Of a stretch of DNA of 64,000 nucleotides, positions 10,248-19,502 are shown piece by piece. The DNA lies in NCBI GenBank assembly GCA_965220745.1, contig CBDCQT010000010.1:576001-640000 (forward strand). Direction: 5' to 3'. The stretch is from Alphaproteobacteria bacterium. Lineage in GTDB: Bacteria > Pseudomonadota > Alphaproteobacteria > UBA828. Position 1 is the first letter of the stretch, and each line of letters starts with the position of its first letter. The notes under the pieces were generated by a model that was not told the DNA's origin, did no database searches, and worked only from the letters and a program-made list of their open reading frames with translations. A program made the translations under genes and the position numbers.

Positions 10248-10311
10248 GGTCCAAATATTGTCGCGCTGTGCCCTAAACTCCCAATATACAGTACCCCATA
10301 CAAAATGCAAG
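10248..10311 (-). promoter_or_regulatory. Putative gcrA sigma70 promoter overlapped by two NrdR-box-like motifs
   Basis: Minus strand TTGCAT-N16-TATATT; cores CCAAATATTG (10251-10260) and CAATATACAG (10282-10291), 31 bp apart. Confidence 0.5.
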
Positions 10312-10547
10312 GCCGAGTGGCCCATATGTAGGTGCGGGGACCCGCTCGGGGATCGAGCGCGCAAGTGCGCCAAGTCTTGCACGACCACCCGAACTTGGGC
10401 TAAGTCTCGGATTAGGGAGGAAAAATAAGAAGGGTGGACCCGCAGTTGGGAGGATGGCGATGACATGGGCGGTGGCTTCCGGTCGTGCGTCGCGCGCTTG
10501 GCTGGGGCGGAGAGTCCAGCGGGGCGCGGGCTGAGGCGAGGGTCGCC

Positions 10548-11243
10548 TTGAGCCTGTTTCGCCGACGCAAGAAGCTGAGCCGATGGGCCCGCGTGCGGCG
10601 GTTCGTGTGGCCCAACATGAACTGGGGCCGGGTTCTCCGATACTGGACCTTCAAGCTCAAGCGCCTGCAAGGCTCGCCCTACGCCATCGCGTGCGGCTTC
10701 GCGTGCGGCGCGGCGGTCTCGTTCACGCCTTTGATTGGATTCCACTTCATTCTCGCCGCAGTGCTCGCCTGGGCGCTGCGCGGCAACATCATCGCGTCGG
10801 CGATCGGCACCGCGGTCGGCAATCCGTGGACCTTCCCGTTCATCTGGGCGGGGATCATCTGGCTTGGAACCAAGATCCTGGGCTACGAGCGCGGGCAGGA
10901 GCTGCCCGCGGATCTCACCATCGGCACCATCTTCGAGGAACCGGGCACGGTGCTGCTGCCCATGCTGGTTGGCGGCCTGCCGACGGCGCTGGTGGTGTGG
11001 GTTGTTTTCTACTTCCCGATCCGGCGGGTGGTGGGCAACTACCAGCACCACCGCCAAACCAGGCGCCTGCGGCGCAGGCGCATACTCGACGAGGAGCGCC
11101 GCGCCAAACTGGACCCCGCACGGCAGGCGGATGACGAGATCTCCATCCCCGATGCAGCCCCTGAGCCCGCCCAGGGAGACGCCCAGCCGGCCGCCGCGAA
11201 CGTGACCCATCTCGACCAGGTGCTGGTGGACCGCGGCCGCTGA
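10548..11243 (+). CDS. DUF2062 membrane protein
   Basis: [32 protein letters not shown]; typical neighbour of acpS; TTG start inferred. Confidence 0.88.
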   Translation: MSLFRRRKKLSRWARVRRFVWPNMNWGRVLRYWTFKLKRLQGSPYAIACGFACGAAVSFTPLIGFHFILAAVLAWALRGNIIASAIGTAVGNPWTFPFIWAGIIWLGTKILGYERGQELPADLTIGTIFEEPGTVLLPMLVGGLPTALVVWVVFYFPIRRVVGNYQHHRQTRRLRRRRILDEERRAKLDPARQADDEISIPDAAPEPAQGDAQPAAANVTHLDQVLVDRGR

Positions 11244-11289
11244 TGGGGCGCGTGCCGTGAGCGCCGTTGCCGAGCCGCCGGCCTGGCCC

Positions 11290-11694
11290 ATGATTGTCGG
11301 CCTCGGCGCCGACATCGTCGACATCCGGCGGATCGCGGGCACGCTCGACCGCTTCGGCGCGCGCTTCACCCACCGCGTTTTCACCGCAGTCGAACGCGCA
11401 CGTGCCGAGCGCCGGCTGAGGCCGGAGGAAACCTACGCCCGTCGCTTCGCCGCCAAGGAGGCCTGCGCGAAGGCGCTGGGCACCGGGCTCCGCCAAGGTG
11501 TTTTTTGGCGCGACATGGCGGTGGTCAACCTGCCCAGCGGCCAGCCGACCATCGAGCTCAGCGGCGGCGCGCTCAGGCGCTTGCAATCGCTCACGCCTTC
11601 GGGCATGAGGTGCCGGATCGACGTGACCATGACCGATGAGCCACCCATCGCCCAGGCCATCGTGGTGATTACGGCAATCCCTGCAACCGACTGA
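11290..11694 (+). CDS. acpS: Holo-ACP synthase
   Basis: [25 protein letters not shown]. Confidence 0.95.
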   Translation: MIVGLGADIVDIRRIAGTLDRFGARFTHRVFTAVERARAERRLRPEETYARRFAAKEACAKALGTGLRQGVFWRDMAVVNLPSGQPTIELSGGALRRLQSLTPSGMRCRIDVTMTDEPPIAQAIVVITAIPATD

Positions 11695-11753
11695 CGGCAA
11701 CGAGGGCAGCGGGCGGCCCGGGCCGCGAACAGCTGGAACCGAACCGACCGCAC

Positions 11754-12521
11754 ATGGCGCGCGCCAAATCTCAAGACAAGGGCTCAGCCAAGCGCAGATT
11801 CAGCGGTTTCTGGGACACGATCCGGACCCTGATCTACGCGGTTCTTGCCGCGCTGATCGTCCGCACCGTCGCCATCGAGCCCTTCAACATCCCCTCGGGC
11901 TCGATGATCCCGACCCTGCTTGTCGGCGATTACCTGTTCGTGTCGAAATACGCCTACGGCTACAGCACGTACTCCCTGCCCTGGGGCGTCGATATCTTCG
12001 ACGGCCGCATCATCGACAGCCCGCCCGATCGGGGCGATGTCGCAGTCTTCAAGCTGCCCCGCGACAACGAGACCGACTACATCAAGCGCATCATCGGGCT
12101 TCCCGGCGACCGCATCCAGGTGCTCAAGGGCGTGCTCCACATCAACGGGACGCCCGTGAAGCGCGAACGCGTGGACGACTACAGCTACACGGACCGCTAC
12201 GGCCGGGAACGCGTCCTGCGCCAGTATCGCGAGACGCTGCCGAACGGCGTGAGCTACATGACCCTCGACGCGACGCCCACCGGCGGCCTCGACAACACGC
12301 AGATCTATACCGTGCCCGCCGATCACTACTTCGCCATGGGCGACAACCGGGACAACTCGCTCGACAGCCGTGTGCCCTCGGTCGGGTTCATCCCGTCCGA
12401 AAACCTCGTGGGCCGGGCCGAGTTCATCTTCCATTCGCTGGAAGATGGAACCAGCATCGGGGAGGTCTGGAACTGGCCGAGCGCGACACGCAGCGATCGG
12501 GTCTTCAAGGCGATCGACTAG
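11754..12521 (+). CDS. lepB: Signal peptidase I
   Basis: IPSGSMIPTL, YIKRIIG, GDNRDNSLDSR. Confidence 0.97.
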   Translation: MARAKSQDKGSAKRRFSGFWDTIRTLIYAVLAALIVRTVAIEPFNIPSGSMIPTLLVGDYLFVSKYAYGYSTYSLPWGVDIFDGRIIDSPPDRGDVAVFKLPRDNETDYIKRIIGLPGDRIQVLKGVLHINGTPVKRERVDDYSYTDRYGRERVLRQYRETLPNGVSYMTLDATPTGGLDNTQIYTVPADHYFAMGDNRDNSLDSRVPSVGFIPSENLVGRAEFIFHSLEDGTSIGEVWNWPSATRSDRVFKAID

Positions 12522-13258
12522 CGCCCAGAGGCGCAGCAGAGCCGCCGCCGGAGCCGGCGGCAGACGACGCCGCAGCGGCCGGCTCGCTCGAAGAGGCTCT
12601 CGGCCACCGCTTCGCGCGACCGGCGCTGCTCGCTCTCGCGCTGCGCCATCCGAGCGCCGGCACGCAGGCTGGCAGCAACCAGCGCCTCGAGTTCCTGGGT
12701 GACCGCGTGCTCGGCATGGTCGTGGCCGCGATGCTCTACGAGGCGTTCCCGCACGAGGCCGAGGGCGCCCTCTCGCAGCGTTATTCGGCGCTCGTCCGCC
12801 GCGAGGCGTTGGAGGGCGTGGCCCGCAGCCTCGCGCTCGGCGACCAGCTCACCCTGAGCCGCAGCGAGGGCGCCGGCGGCGGGCGCGACAATCCGGCCAA
12901 TCTGGCGGATGCCTGCGAGGCGGTCATCGGCGCGCTTTACGTGGACGGCGGTCTGCAAGCTGCCGAGCGCTTCATCCGCCGTCACTGGTCGCCGGCGATG
13001 AACGCCGACCCCGAACCGCCGCGCGATCCCAAGACCCGGCTTCAGGAGTGGACGCAATCGCGGGCGCTCGGGCTGCCGGTCTACCGCACTCTGTCCTCCA
13101 CCGGCCCCGCCCACGCCCCGCTTTTCGAGGTCGAGGCGGAGGTTGCCGGGCTCGGCAAGGCGGTCGCCACCGGAGCCACCAAGCGCGCGGCAGAGCAAGG
13201 CGCCGCCGGCGCGTTACTCGCGCGCATCGCCGATAGCGGGAGTGACGGCGATGGCTGA
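12473..13258 (+). CDS. rnc: Ribonuclease III (start uncertain; probable CTG start)
   Basis: In-frame LEEALGHRF...NQRLEFLGDRVL upstream of the track start at 12707; ADACEAVIGA, dsRBD DPKTRLQE; lepB-rnc-era synteny. Confidence 0.93.
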   Translation: MAERDTQRSGLQGDRLAPRGAAEPPPEPAADDAAAAGSLEEALGHRFARPALLALALRHPSAGTQAGSNQRLEFLGDRVLGMVVAAMLYEAFPHEAEGALSQRYSALVRREALEGVARSLALGDQLTLSRSEGAGGGRDNPANLADACEAVIGALYVDGGLQAAERFIRRHWSPAMNADPEPPRDPKTRLQEWTQSRALGLPVYRTLSSTGPAHAPLFEVEAEVAGLGKAVATGATKRAAEQGAAGALLARIADSGSDGDG

Positions 13259-14153
13259 GTGCGGCACCCGCGCGGGCTTCGTCGCCGTGCTGGGGGCACC
13301 CAATGTCGGCAAGTCGACACTGGTCAACCGGCTGGTGGGCGCCAAGGTCGCCATCGTCTCGCCCAAGGTACAGACCACGCGCAGCCGGCTGCGCGGCATC
13401 CGCGTGATCGACGACGTCCAGCTCGTCTTCGTCGACACGCCCGGAATCTTTGCTGCCAAACACCGCTTCGAACGCGCGATGGTCCACGCCGCCTGGAGCG
13501 GCGCACACGACGCCGATGCCATCCTGCTGCTGGTGGACGCGCGTCGTGGGCTGACGGGCGAGACCAGGGCGATCATCGACCGGCTCAAGGAGACCGGGCG
13601 CGAGACCCTGGTGGCGCTCAACAAGATCGACCTGGTGCCGCGCCACGTCTTGCTGCCACTCGCGGCGGGGGTCGAGGAAACCGGGCTCGCGGCCGAGATC
13701 TTCATGGTCTCGGCGCTCGACGGCGACGGGGTCGACGACCTGCAGGATGTGCTCAAGGCGCGGATGCCGTCGGGGCCCTGGCTCTACCCGGAAGACCAGC
13801 TCACCGACATATCGGAGCGCCTGCTGGCGGCTGAGATCACGCGCGAGCAGCTCTTCCTGCAGCTGCGCCAGGAGCTGCCCTATGCCGTCGCGGTCGAGAC
13901 CGAAGGCTGGACCAGTGCCCGCAACGGAGGCGCACGGGTCGAGCAAGTGATTTACGTGCAGCGGGAGACGCACAAGGGCATCGTCCTCGGCAGGGGCGGG
14001 CAGCGGATCAAGGCGATCGGCACGGCGGCGCGCGCCGAGCTTTCCGATATTCTCGGCCGCCCGATCGACCTCAAGCTCTTCGTGAAGGTGAGGCAGCGCT
14101 GGCTCGAGGACCCCGAGCGCTACCGTGACATCGGGCTCGAATACGACGTCTGA
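13251..14153 (+). CDS. era: GTPase Era
   Basis: GAPNVGKS, QTTR, DTPG, NKID, KH domain. Confidence 0.97.
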   Translation: MAECGTRAGFVAVLGAPNVGKSTLVNRLVGAKVAIVSPKVQTTRSRLRGIRVIDDVQLVFVDTPGIFAAKHRFERAMVHAAWSGAHDADAILLLVDARRGLTGETRAIIDRLKETGRETLVALNKIDLVPRHVLLPLAAGVEETGLAAEIFMVSALDGDGVDDLQDVLKARMPSGPWLYPEDQLTDISERLLAAEITREQLFLQLRQELPYAVAVETEGWTSARNGGARVEQVIYVQRETHKGIVLGRGGQRIKAIGTAARAELSDILGRPIDLKLFVKVRQRWLEDPERYRDIGLEYDV

Positions 14154-14243
14154 CGGCGCGATCAAGAGTTCCACGCCTCCCTTAATTGCGCCGCGCTCCT
14201 GTGCCACAGTGCCGCCCGCACTCCTTGACAGGGAGGGTGCGAA

Positions 14244-15998
14244 ATGACGACAGGCGGCTCCGAGCGGCCGGGCGGCGTTCGCTACGAGCCCGACGAACGA
14301 CCGCCCATTGCGCTCAGCTGCGGCCTCGGCCTGCAGCTCGCCGTCCTTTGCATCGCTGGCGTCGCGCTGACGCCTGCGATCGTGGTCCGCGCCGCCGGCG
14401 GGGCGGAATCTTATCTGACGTGGGCGGTCTTCGGCGCCGTCCTGGTCAGCGGCATCACCTCGGTGTTGCAGGCGGTCCGCGTGGGGCGGATCGGTGCCGG
14501 CTACGTCCTTGTCATGGGCACCTCCGGGGCCTTCATCGCGATCTGCGTCGGCGCGATCGCCCAGGGCGGCCCGGCGATGCTGGCGACGCTGGTGGTAATC
14601 TCCGCCCTCTTCCAATTCCTGCTCGCGTGGCGGCTCTCGCTGCTCCGGCGGATTCTGACGCCCACCGTCTCGGGCACGGTCATCATGCTGATCCCCGTCA
14701 CGGTGATGCCGATCGTCTTCGGCATGTTGGGTCAGGTTCCAGAGGGCACGTCGGAGCTCGGCGCGCCGCTCGCGGCGCTCGTGACCGTGCTCGTTCTGTG
14801 CGGCATCTCGCTGAAAGCCACGGGCGCGCTCAGACTCTGGGCGCCGGTCATCGGCATCGTCGCCGGCTGCGGCGTTGCCGGGTATTTCGGCTTCTACAAC
14901 GTCGCCGGCATCGCAGCAGCATCGTGGGTGGGTGTGCCATCGGGCGGATGGCCGGGCTTCGATATCGACTTTGGGCCGGTCTTCTGGGGGCTCCTGCCGG
15001 CCTTCGTCTTCGTGACCCTGGTCGGCGCCGTCGAAACGGTGGGCGACGGTATCGCCATCCAGCGGGTCTCCTGGCGCAAGCCGCGCGCGGTGAATTTTCG
15101 GGCGGTGCAAGGAGCGGTAGGCGCGGATGGTGTGGGCAACCTACTCTCCGGCCTGATGGGGACCGTGCCCAACACAACCTATTCCACGAGCATATCCGTG
15201 ACCGCGCTCACGGGCGTAGGCGCTCGCAGCGTGGGCGTCGCACTCGGGATCGCGTTCGTCGTGGTGGCGTTCATTCCAAAGGCACTCGCCGTTGTGCTGG
15301 CGATACCGGGGCCGGTTGCGGCGGCCTACATCACGGTTCTGCTGGGGCTGCTCTTCGTCGTCGGCATGCGGATCGTCATCCAGGACGGGGTGGACTATCG
15401 CAAGGGCCTGATCGCAGGGGTGTCCTTCTGGATCGGGGTCGGTTTCCAGAACGGCGTGATCTTTCCAGAGCATGTCTCGGGCATCGCTGGCGGGCTCCTG
15501 GAGAACGGCATGACGGCCGGCGGGATGACGGCGATTCTGCTCACGCTCTTCGTGGAGTTGGCGGCACCCCGCCGGCGCCGCATCCAGGCGCCGTTCGAGG
15601 TCGCTTCGCTGCCGAAGATCAGGGAGTTTCTCCAATCCTTCGCGTCACGCAGCGGCTGGGGCGAAGCGATGGCGTACCGTCTGGACGCGGCAGCGGAGGA
15701 GGCGATTCTGACGCTGCTGCGGCACGACGAGGAGGAAGAGGCGGAAGGCGCGCCTCACCGAAAGCGCCGCCTGCTGCTCACCGCCCACAAGGAGGGCGGC
15801 GCTGCGGTGCTGGAATTCATCGCCGCCCCTGGCGAGGAGAACCTGGAGGACCGCATCGCGCTCATGGGCGAGGCGTCCGAGGATGCGCCCGAGCGGGAGG
15901 TGTCGCTACGGCTGCTGCGCCACCTCGCCTCCTCTGTCCACCACCAGCAGTATCACGACACGGACATCGTTACGATCCGCGTGGAGGCGCGTAGGTAA
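14244..15998 (+). CDS. NCS2 (xanthine/uracil permease family) protein with C-terminal degenerate HATPase_c-like domain
   Basis: YEPDERPP..GLQL, many TM helices, ETVGD, ADGVGN..TVPNTTYS; about 140-aa soluble tail with RsbW-like layout. Confidence 0.85.
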   Translation: MTTGGSERPGGVRYEPDERPPIALSCGLGLQLAVLCIAGVALTPAIVVRAAGGAESYLTWAVFGAVLVSGITSVLQAVRVGRIGAGYVLVMGTSGAFIAICVGAIAQGGPAMLATLVVISALFQFLLAWRLSLLRRILTPTVSGTVIMLIPVTVMPIVFGMLGQVPEGTSELGAPLAALVTVLVLCGISLKATGALRLWAPVIGIVAGCGVAGYFGFYNVAGIAAASWVGVPSGGWPGFDIDFGPVFWGLLPAFVFVTLVGAVETVGDGIAIQRVSWRKPRAVNFRAVQGAVGADGVGNLLSGLMGTVPNTTYSTSISVTALTGVGARSVGVALGIAFVVVAFIPKALAVVLAIPGPVAAAYITVLLGLLFVVGMRIVIQDGVDYRKGLIAGVSFWIGVGFQNGVIFPEHVSGIAGGLLENGMTAGGMTAILLTLFVELAAPRRRRIQAPFEVASLPKIREFLQSFASRSGWGEAMAYRLDAAAEEAILTLLRHDEEEEAEGAPHRKRRLLLTAHKEGGAAVLEFIAAPGEENLEDRIALMGEASEDAPEREVSLRLLRHLASSVHHQQYHDTDIVTIRVEARR

Positions 15999-16152
15999 AT
16001 TCCAAACAGTGAACTGGTTTTGTCATGGTTTCTGAGAAGGAAGCGCTGAACTCCAAATAGTCGGCACGGCAATTACCGCCCAAACATGCTCCTGGCTTAA
16101 ATGATAGAATCGAAAAATGCCGATAAAACGTTGTCCCTGACTAACTGCCGCC

Positions 16153-16302
16153 TCATCCGCCACCACCACCCGCGTTGCCACTGCCAACGCAAATCTTTTT
16201 GTCATCATCTCTGGTGAGATATCGCAATGCTGCTCGCCACAAGTGAAGAATGAGGCGCTCAGCCAACGCAATAAGGAATTTCACCGAGAGCAGATTGTCC
16301 AT
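16153..16302 (-). CDS. Candidate 49-aa small protein
   Basis: Manual translation MDNLLSVKFLIALAERLILHLWRAALRYLTRDDDKKICVGSGNAGGGGG; preceded by AGGGA in an AT-rich stretch. Confidence 0.3.
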   Translation of the reverse strand: MDNLLSVKFLIALAERLILHLWRAALRYLTRDDDKKICVGSGNAGGGGG

Positions 16303-16476
16303 TGTTCCCTTATACCCCAATCAAGCATTGGTACCAAGATCACAAGGTCAGTTACGGTGAACGAGGTATTTCTCAGCGCAAGTCGATTGGGGCGAAAACA
16401 TCAGAATGATCTCGGTGTGAACGCTAAGGCTTTGAACCATTGGATATCGCATCGGGCACCGCGCCAGAGCTGAGGC

Positions 16477-17304
16477 TCAGCTTAGGAACGCGTTCACCAC
16501 GTGGTTGAAGCGCTCCGGGTTCTCCATGAACATGAAGTGATTGCCGCCGTCGGCCTCCTCGAAGATTTCCAATTGCGAGCCGGCGATCTGGCGGTGCATC
16601 CATTCCTGCGAGCGCCAGTTGATCAGGCTGACACGGCCGCCGACGATGAGCGCAGGCAGCGTGATGCGGGGGATCAGGTCGCGCCAGTCCTGCGTCGCGT
16701 GATTGAGGAGCAGCGTGGCCGCGTGGCGGCGCGGCATCTTGCGGTTCTGTTCGATGACCCACGCCACCCGCTCCTCTGGAAAGCCGCCGGTGAACATGCC
16801 GCCGATGAAGCCCTTGGTGGTCGCCACGCCTTCTTTCCCCGCGAGGGCGCCGATGGTCTCGTAGAGGCTCGCGCCGTCGAAGATCGCGCCGGCGTCCTGC
16901 TTCTCCTGCTCTGACCACTCGCTGCGCGCGGTGATCGCGGGCATCTGGTCGACGAGGACGAGCCGCTCTAGCCCCGCTTCGCCGAAGAGGTCGATGTAGC
17001 ACCAGATCACGGAACACCCCATGGAGTGGCCGAGCAGGCTCACCCGCTCCAGCCCGAGCGCCTCGATGGCGTTGCGCACGTCCATGGCGAGTCGCTGAAT
17101 CTTGTAGCCGTGCTCAGGCTTGTCGGACTCGCCGTGCCCCCGCATGTCGAAGGCGATGACTCGGCGGCTCGCCGAAAGCCCCTCGGCCTGGGCCTCGAAC
17201 TGCGCGGCGGTCTGCGACCAGCCGGGGATCATGACGAGGGGCGCGCCGCTCCCCTTCTCCACGTAGTGAAGGCGGATTCCGTCATTCGTCGTGACATGCG
17301 GCAT
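16477..17304 (-). CDS. Alpha/beta hydrolase (non-heme haloperoxidase/arylesterase-like)
   Basis: DMRGHGES, GHSMG nucleophile elbow, C-terminal NH..F.E.P. Confidence 0.9.
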   Translation of the reverse strand: MPHVTTNDGIRLHYVEKGSGAPLVMIPGWSQTAAQFEAQAEGLSASRRVIAFDMRGHGESDKPEHGYKIQRLAMDVRNAIEALGLERVSLLGHSMGCSVIWCYIDLFGEAGLERLVLVDQMPAITARSEWSEQEKQDAGAIFDGASLYETIGALAGKEGVATTKGFIGGMFTGGFPEERVAWVIEQNRKMPRRHAATLLLNHATQDWRDLIPRITLPALIVGGRVSLINWRSQEWMHRQIAGSQLEIFEEADGGNHFMFMENPERFNHVVNAFLS

Positions 17305-17319
17305 GGTTCCGTCTCCTTC

Positions 17320-18525
17320 TCAAGCCGCCGGCCGCGCCGATGCGCCGAGCCGCTCGCGGCGGGGTAAGCAGGCGTAGAATAGCGCGCCCAGGAACGCGAG
17401 CACGGCGATCAGAATGACTGCGCTGCCGTAGTGTTGATCGGCATCGTAGATCGCCCCTGCGGAGAACGGCCCGAGCAGGCCGCCCAGGCCGTAAGCGAGG
17501 GCGATGCGGCCGAAAACCCGCGGCAGCGCCGCCGCCCCGTAATAGCCTGCGATGGTCACGGGGTGGGCGCTCGCGAGCACGCCGAAGGCCAAGCCGACTG
17601 CGGCGATGGCGGTGAGCCCCATGACGACGCCGGGCGCGAAGAAGAGCGCCAGCAGAAACACCCCCATGACGAGCCCGACGCCCACGAGCACACGCCGGCC
17701 CGTCAACGCATCGACGAGCAGGCCGCCGACCAGCCCGCCGACCACGTAGCCGGCGCTACTCAGCATCGGTGCGAACTGGGTATCGCCCGCGGACCCACCC
17801 CACGAGGCCAACATCGTCGCCGCGTGACCGATGACCACGAGCGCCGTGAAGGCGATGCAGAGAAAACCGAGAAAGATCACGATTACCACGCGGGGCCGGT
17901 CGGTCAGTATGTCCTGGAAAAGCCCGGTCGCGCCGGTCGCCGGCGGTGTCTTGCGGGAGAGCGCGATGAGCGCGGCCGCGATCGCGATGGCCAGGAAATT
18001 TATCGCAGCCGTCACACCGAAGGTCGCCTCCGGCCCCATCGCAGCCATCAGGATGGCAAGACCGGGTGACCAGGCGATGCCGCCCATGGCGACCGCCGAC
18101 ATGTTGATGCTCATGGCGATGCTGGGTCTCACCGGCCCGTCGATGCTCGCCGCGGTCATCGCGACGAAATAGACAACGCCGACGGCAAAGCCGAAGAATA
18201 CCCCGTAGCCGACATAGAGTGCCGCGACCGATTGGCCGAAGCCCGCGAGCGCGAACCCGGCCGCCGTCACCGCCGCCATGACCAGGGTGAGCTGCGGGAG
18301 CGTGAACCAGTGCAGCAGCCGGTGCATCACGAAGCAGCCGATCGTCGCGGTGAACAGGCAAAGCGACTGCGCGCCGCTCACCGTCGCGCGGTCGGCGCCG
18401 AGCTCGGTTTCGAGCGGCGCCACGAAGACGCTCCACGCGTAGAGGATCCCGGTCGAGAGGTTGATCAGGACCCCCGCAGCGAGCGGAAAGTATGGGCGCA
18501 GCGCCGCACCCAGTCGCGATTCCAT
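17320..18525 (-). CDS. MFS transporter (oxalate:formate antiporter-like)
   Basis: GILYAWSVF N-terminal motif, about 12 TM helices. Confidence 0.85.
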   Translation of the reverse strand: MESRLGAALRPYFPLAAGVLINLSTGILYAWSVFVAPLETELGADRATVSGAQSLCLFTATIGCFVMHRLLHWFTLPQLTLVMAAVTAAGFALAGFGQSVAALYVGYGVFFGFAVGVVYFVAMTAASIDGPVRPSIAMSINMSAVAMGGIAWSPGLAILMAAMGPEATFGVTAAINFLAIAIAAALIALSRKTPPATGATGLFQDILTDRPRVVIVIFLGFLCIAFTALVVIGHAATMLASWGGSAGDTQFAPMLSSAGYVVGGLVGGLLVDALTGRRVLVGVGLVMGVFLLALFFAPGVVMGLTAIAAVGLAFGVLASAHPVTIAGYYGAAALPRVFGRIALAYGLGGLLGPFSAGAIYDADQHYGSAVILIAVLAFLGALFYACLPRRERLGASARPAA

Positions 18526-18581
18526 CGGCGCTCCACGGTTGGATGCGCCACGGTGGCTCGAATGGGTGGCGCGCGGTCAGC

Positions 18582-19025
18582 CTATGGGTGGCGATCCGGC
18601 CCGTCCAGAGGTGGACTCGCCGCGTCGGAATTTGCCTGCGCCCGCCGGCGGAGCCAGATCACGGCAATCCAGACCGGGAGGCTCAATACCAAGGCGACGA
18701 TGGCGATGCCCGGCGGGCCGAACAGACCGGCGGGGAGCGACGCCGCCACCGTGGCAACCCCGAGGACGATGCCCGCAATCCACGCCGCGCGCGCGTACCC
18801 GAGCCGCCCCAGCCGCCGGCAAGCCCATGCCAGCGGCAGGCCGCAGACCGCGGCCACGATCAGCGACGGCACGGCCATGAGCGTCGCCGTCGCCTCCTCT
18901 CCGGGCGCCATCGAAGTCGGGCCGAAGCGGATCGCGGCCGACGCCAGCACGCCCGCCGGCAGCCAGAGCAGCGCCGCGGCATAGAAGGAGGCTTGCGACC
19001 GCGGGCGCGGGGAGAGATCCGCCAT
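18582..19025 (-). CDS. Hypothetical membrane protein (about 4 TM)
   Basis: Hydrophobic 147-aa ORF co-oriented downstream of cytochrome c. Confidence 0.6.
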   Translation of the reverse strand: MADLSPRPRSQASFYAAALLWLPAGVLASAAIRFGPTSMAPGEEATATLMAVPSLIVAAVCGLPLAWACRRLGRLGYARAAWIAGIVLGVATVAASLPAGLFGPPGIAIVALVLSLPVWIAVIWLRRRAQANSDAASPPLDGPDRHP

Positions 19026-19033
19026 TTCAGCGT

Positions 19034-19489
19034 CTATTCCCGCGGTAGGGACTCGGCTTCGTGCCGCGTCATGTCCTCCTGGTGATTGCGCAAGGGCTCA
19101 GGCCAGGTGCTCTTGATGAAGGCGAGGACATCGCGGATTTCGTCGTCAGTGAGAATCTCGGCGAAACCCGGCATACCGCTTTCGAAGTTGGTGATCCCGC
19201 GCGCCGCCAGCAACCCCTCGCCGCCCAGCTTCGTATAGTCGAAGAGCATCCGGTCGCCGTGATGCCAGGTGTGGCCGGTCTCGTCATGGGGCGGGGCAGG
19301 ATAGAGCCCGTCGGCGCCCTGCCTTCGCCAGTCCGGCGCGCCTTCGAGGTTCTTGCCGTGGCACGAGGCGCAGTGTTCGGCGTAGAGCGCGGCGCCCTGC
19401 GCGAGATCGTCCGATGCCAGGGTAGCCTGCCCGACCAGCAGCCAACCGGCGATGGCCCCGATCGCCGCGACGATTGCTCGTGCTGTCAA
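19034..19489 (-). CDS. Periplasmic monoheme cytochrome c
   Basis: Signal peptide, CASCH, APPHDETGHTWHH, MPGF. Confidence 0.9.
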   Translation of the reverse strand: MTARAIVAAIGAIAGWLLVGQATLASDDLAQGAALYAEHCASCHGKNLEGAPDWRRQGADGLYPAPPHDETGHTWHHGDRMLFDYTKLGGEGLLAARGITNFESGMPGFAEILTDDEIRDVLAFIKSTWPEPLRNHQEDMTRHEAESLPRE

Positions 19490-19502
19490 CCGCACGCCGC
19501 CC

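Noticed and set aside
16023-16473. Track ORFs 16023-16271 (-) and 16243-16473 (+)
   Set aside because: No RBS or protein-like features; the 49-aa ORF in another frame has better signals
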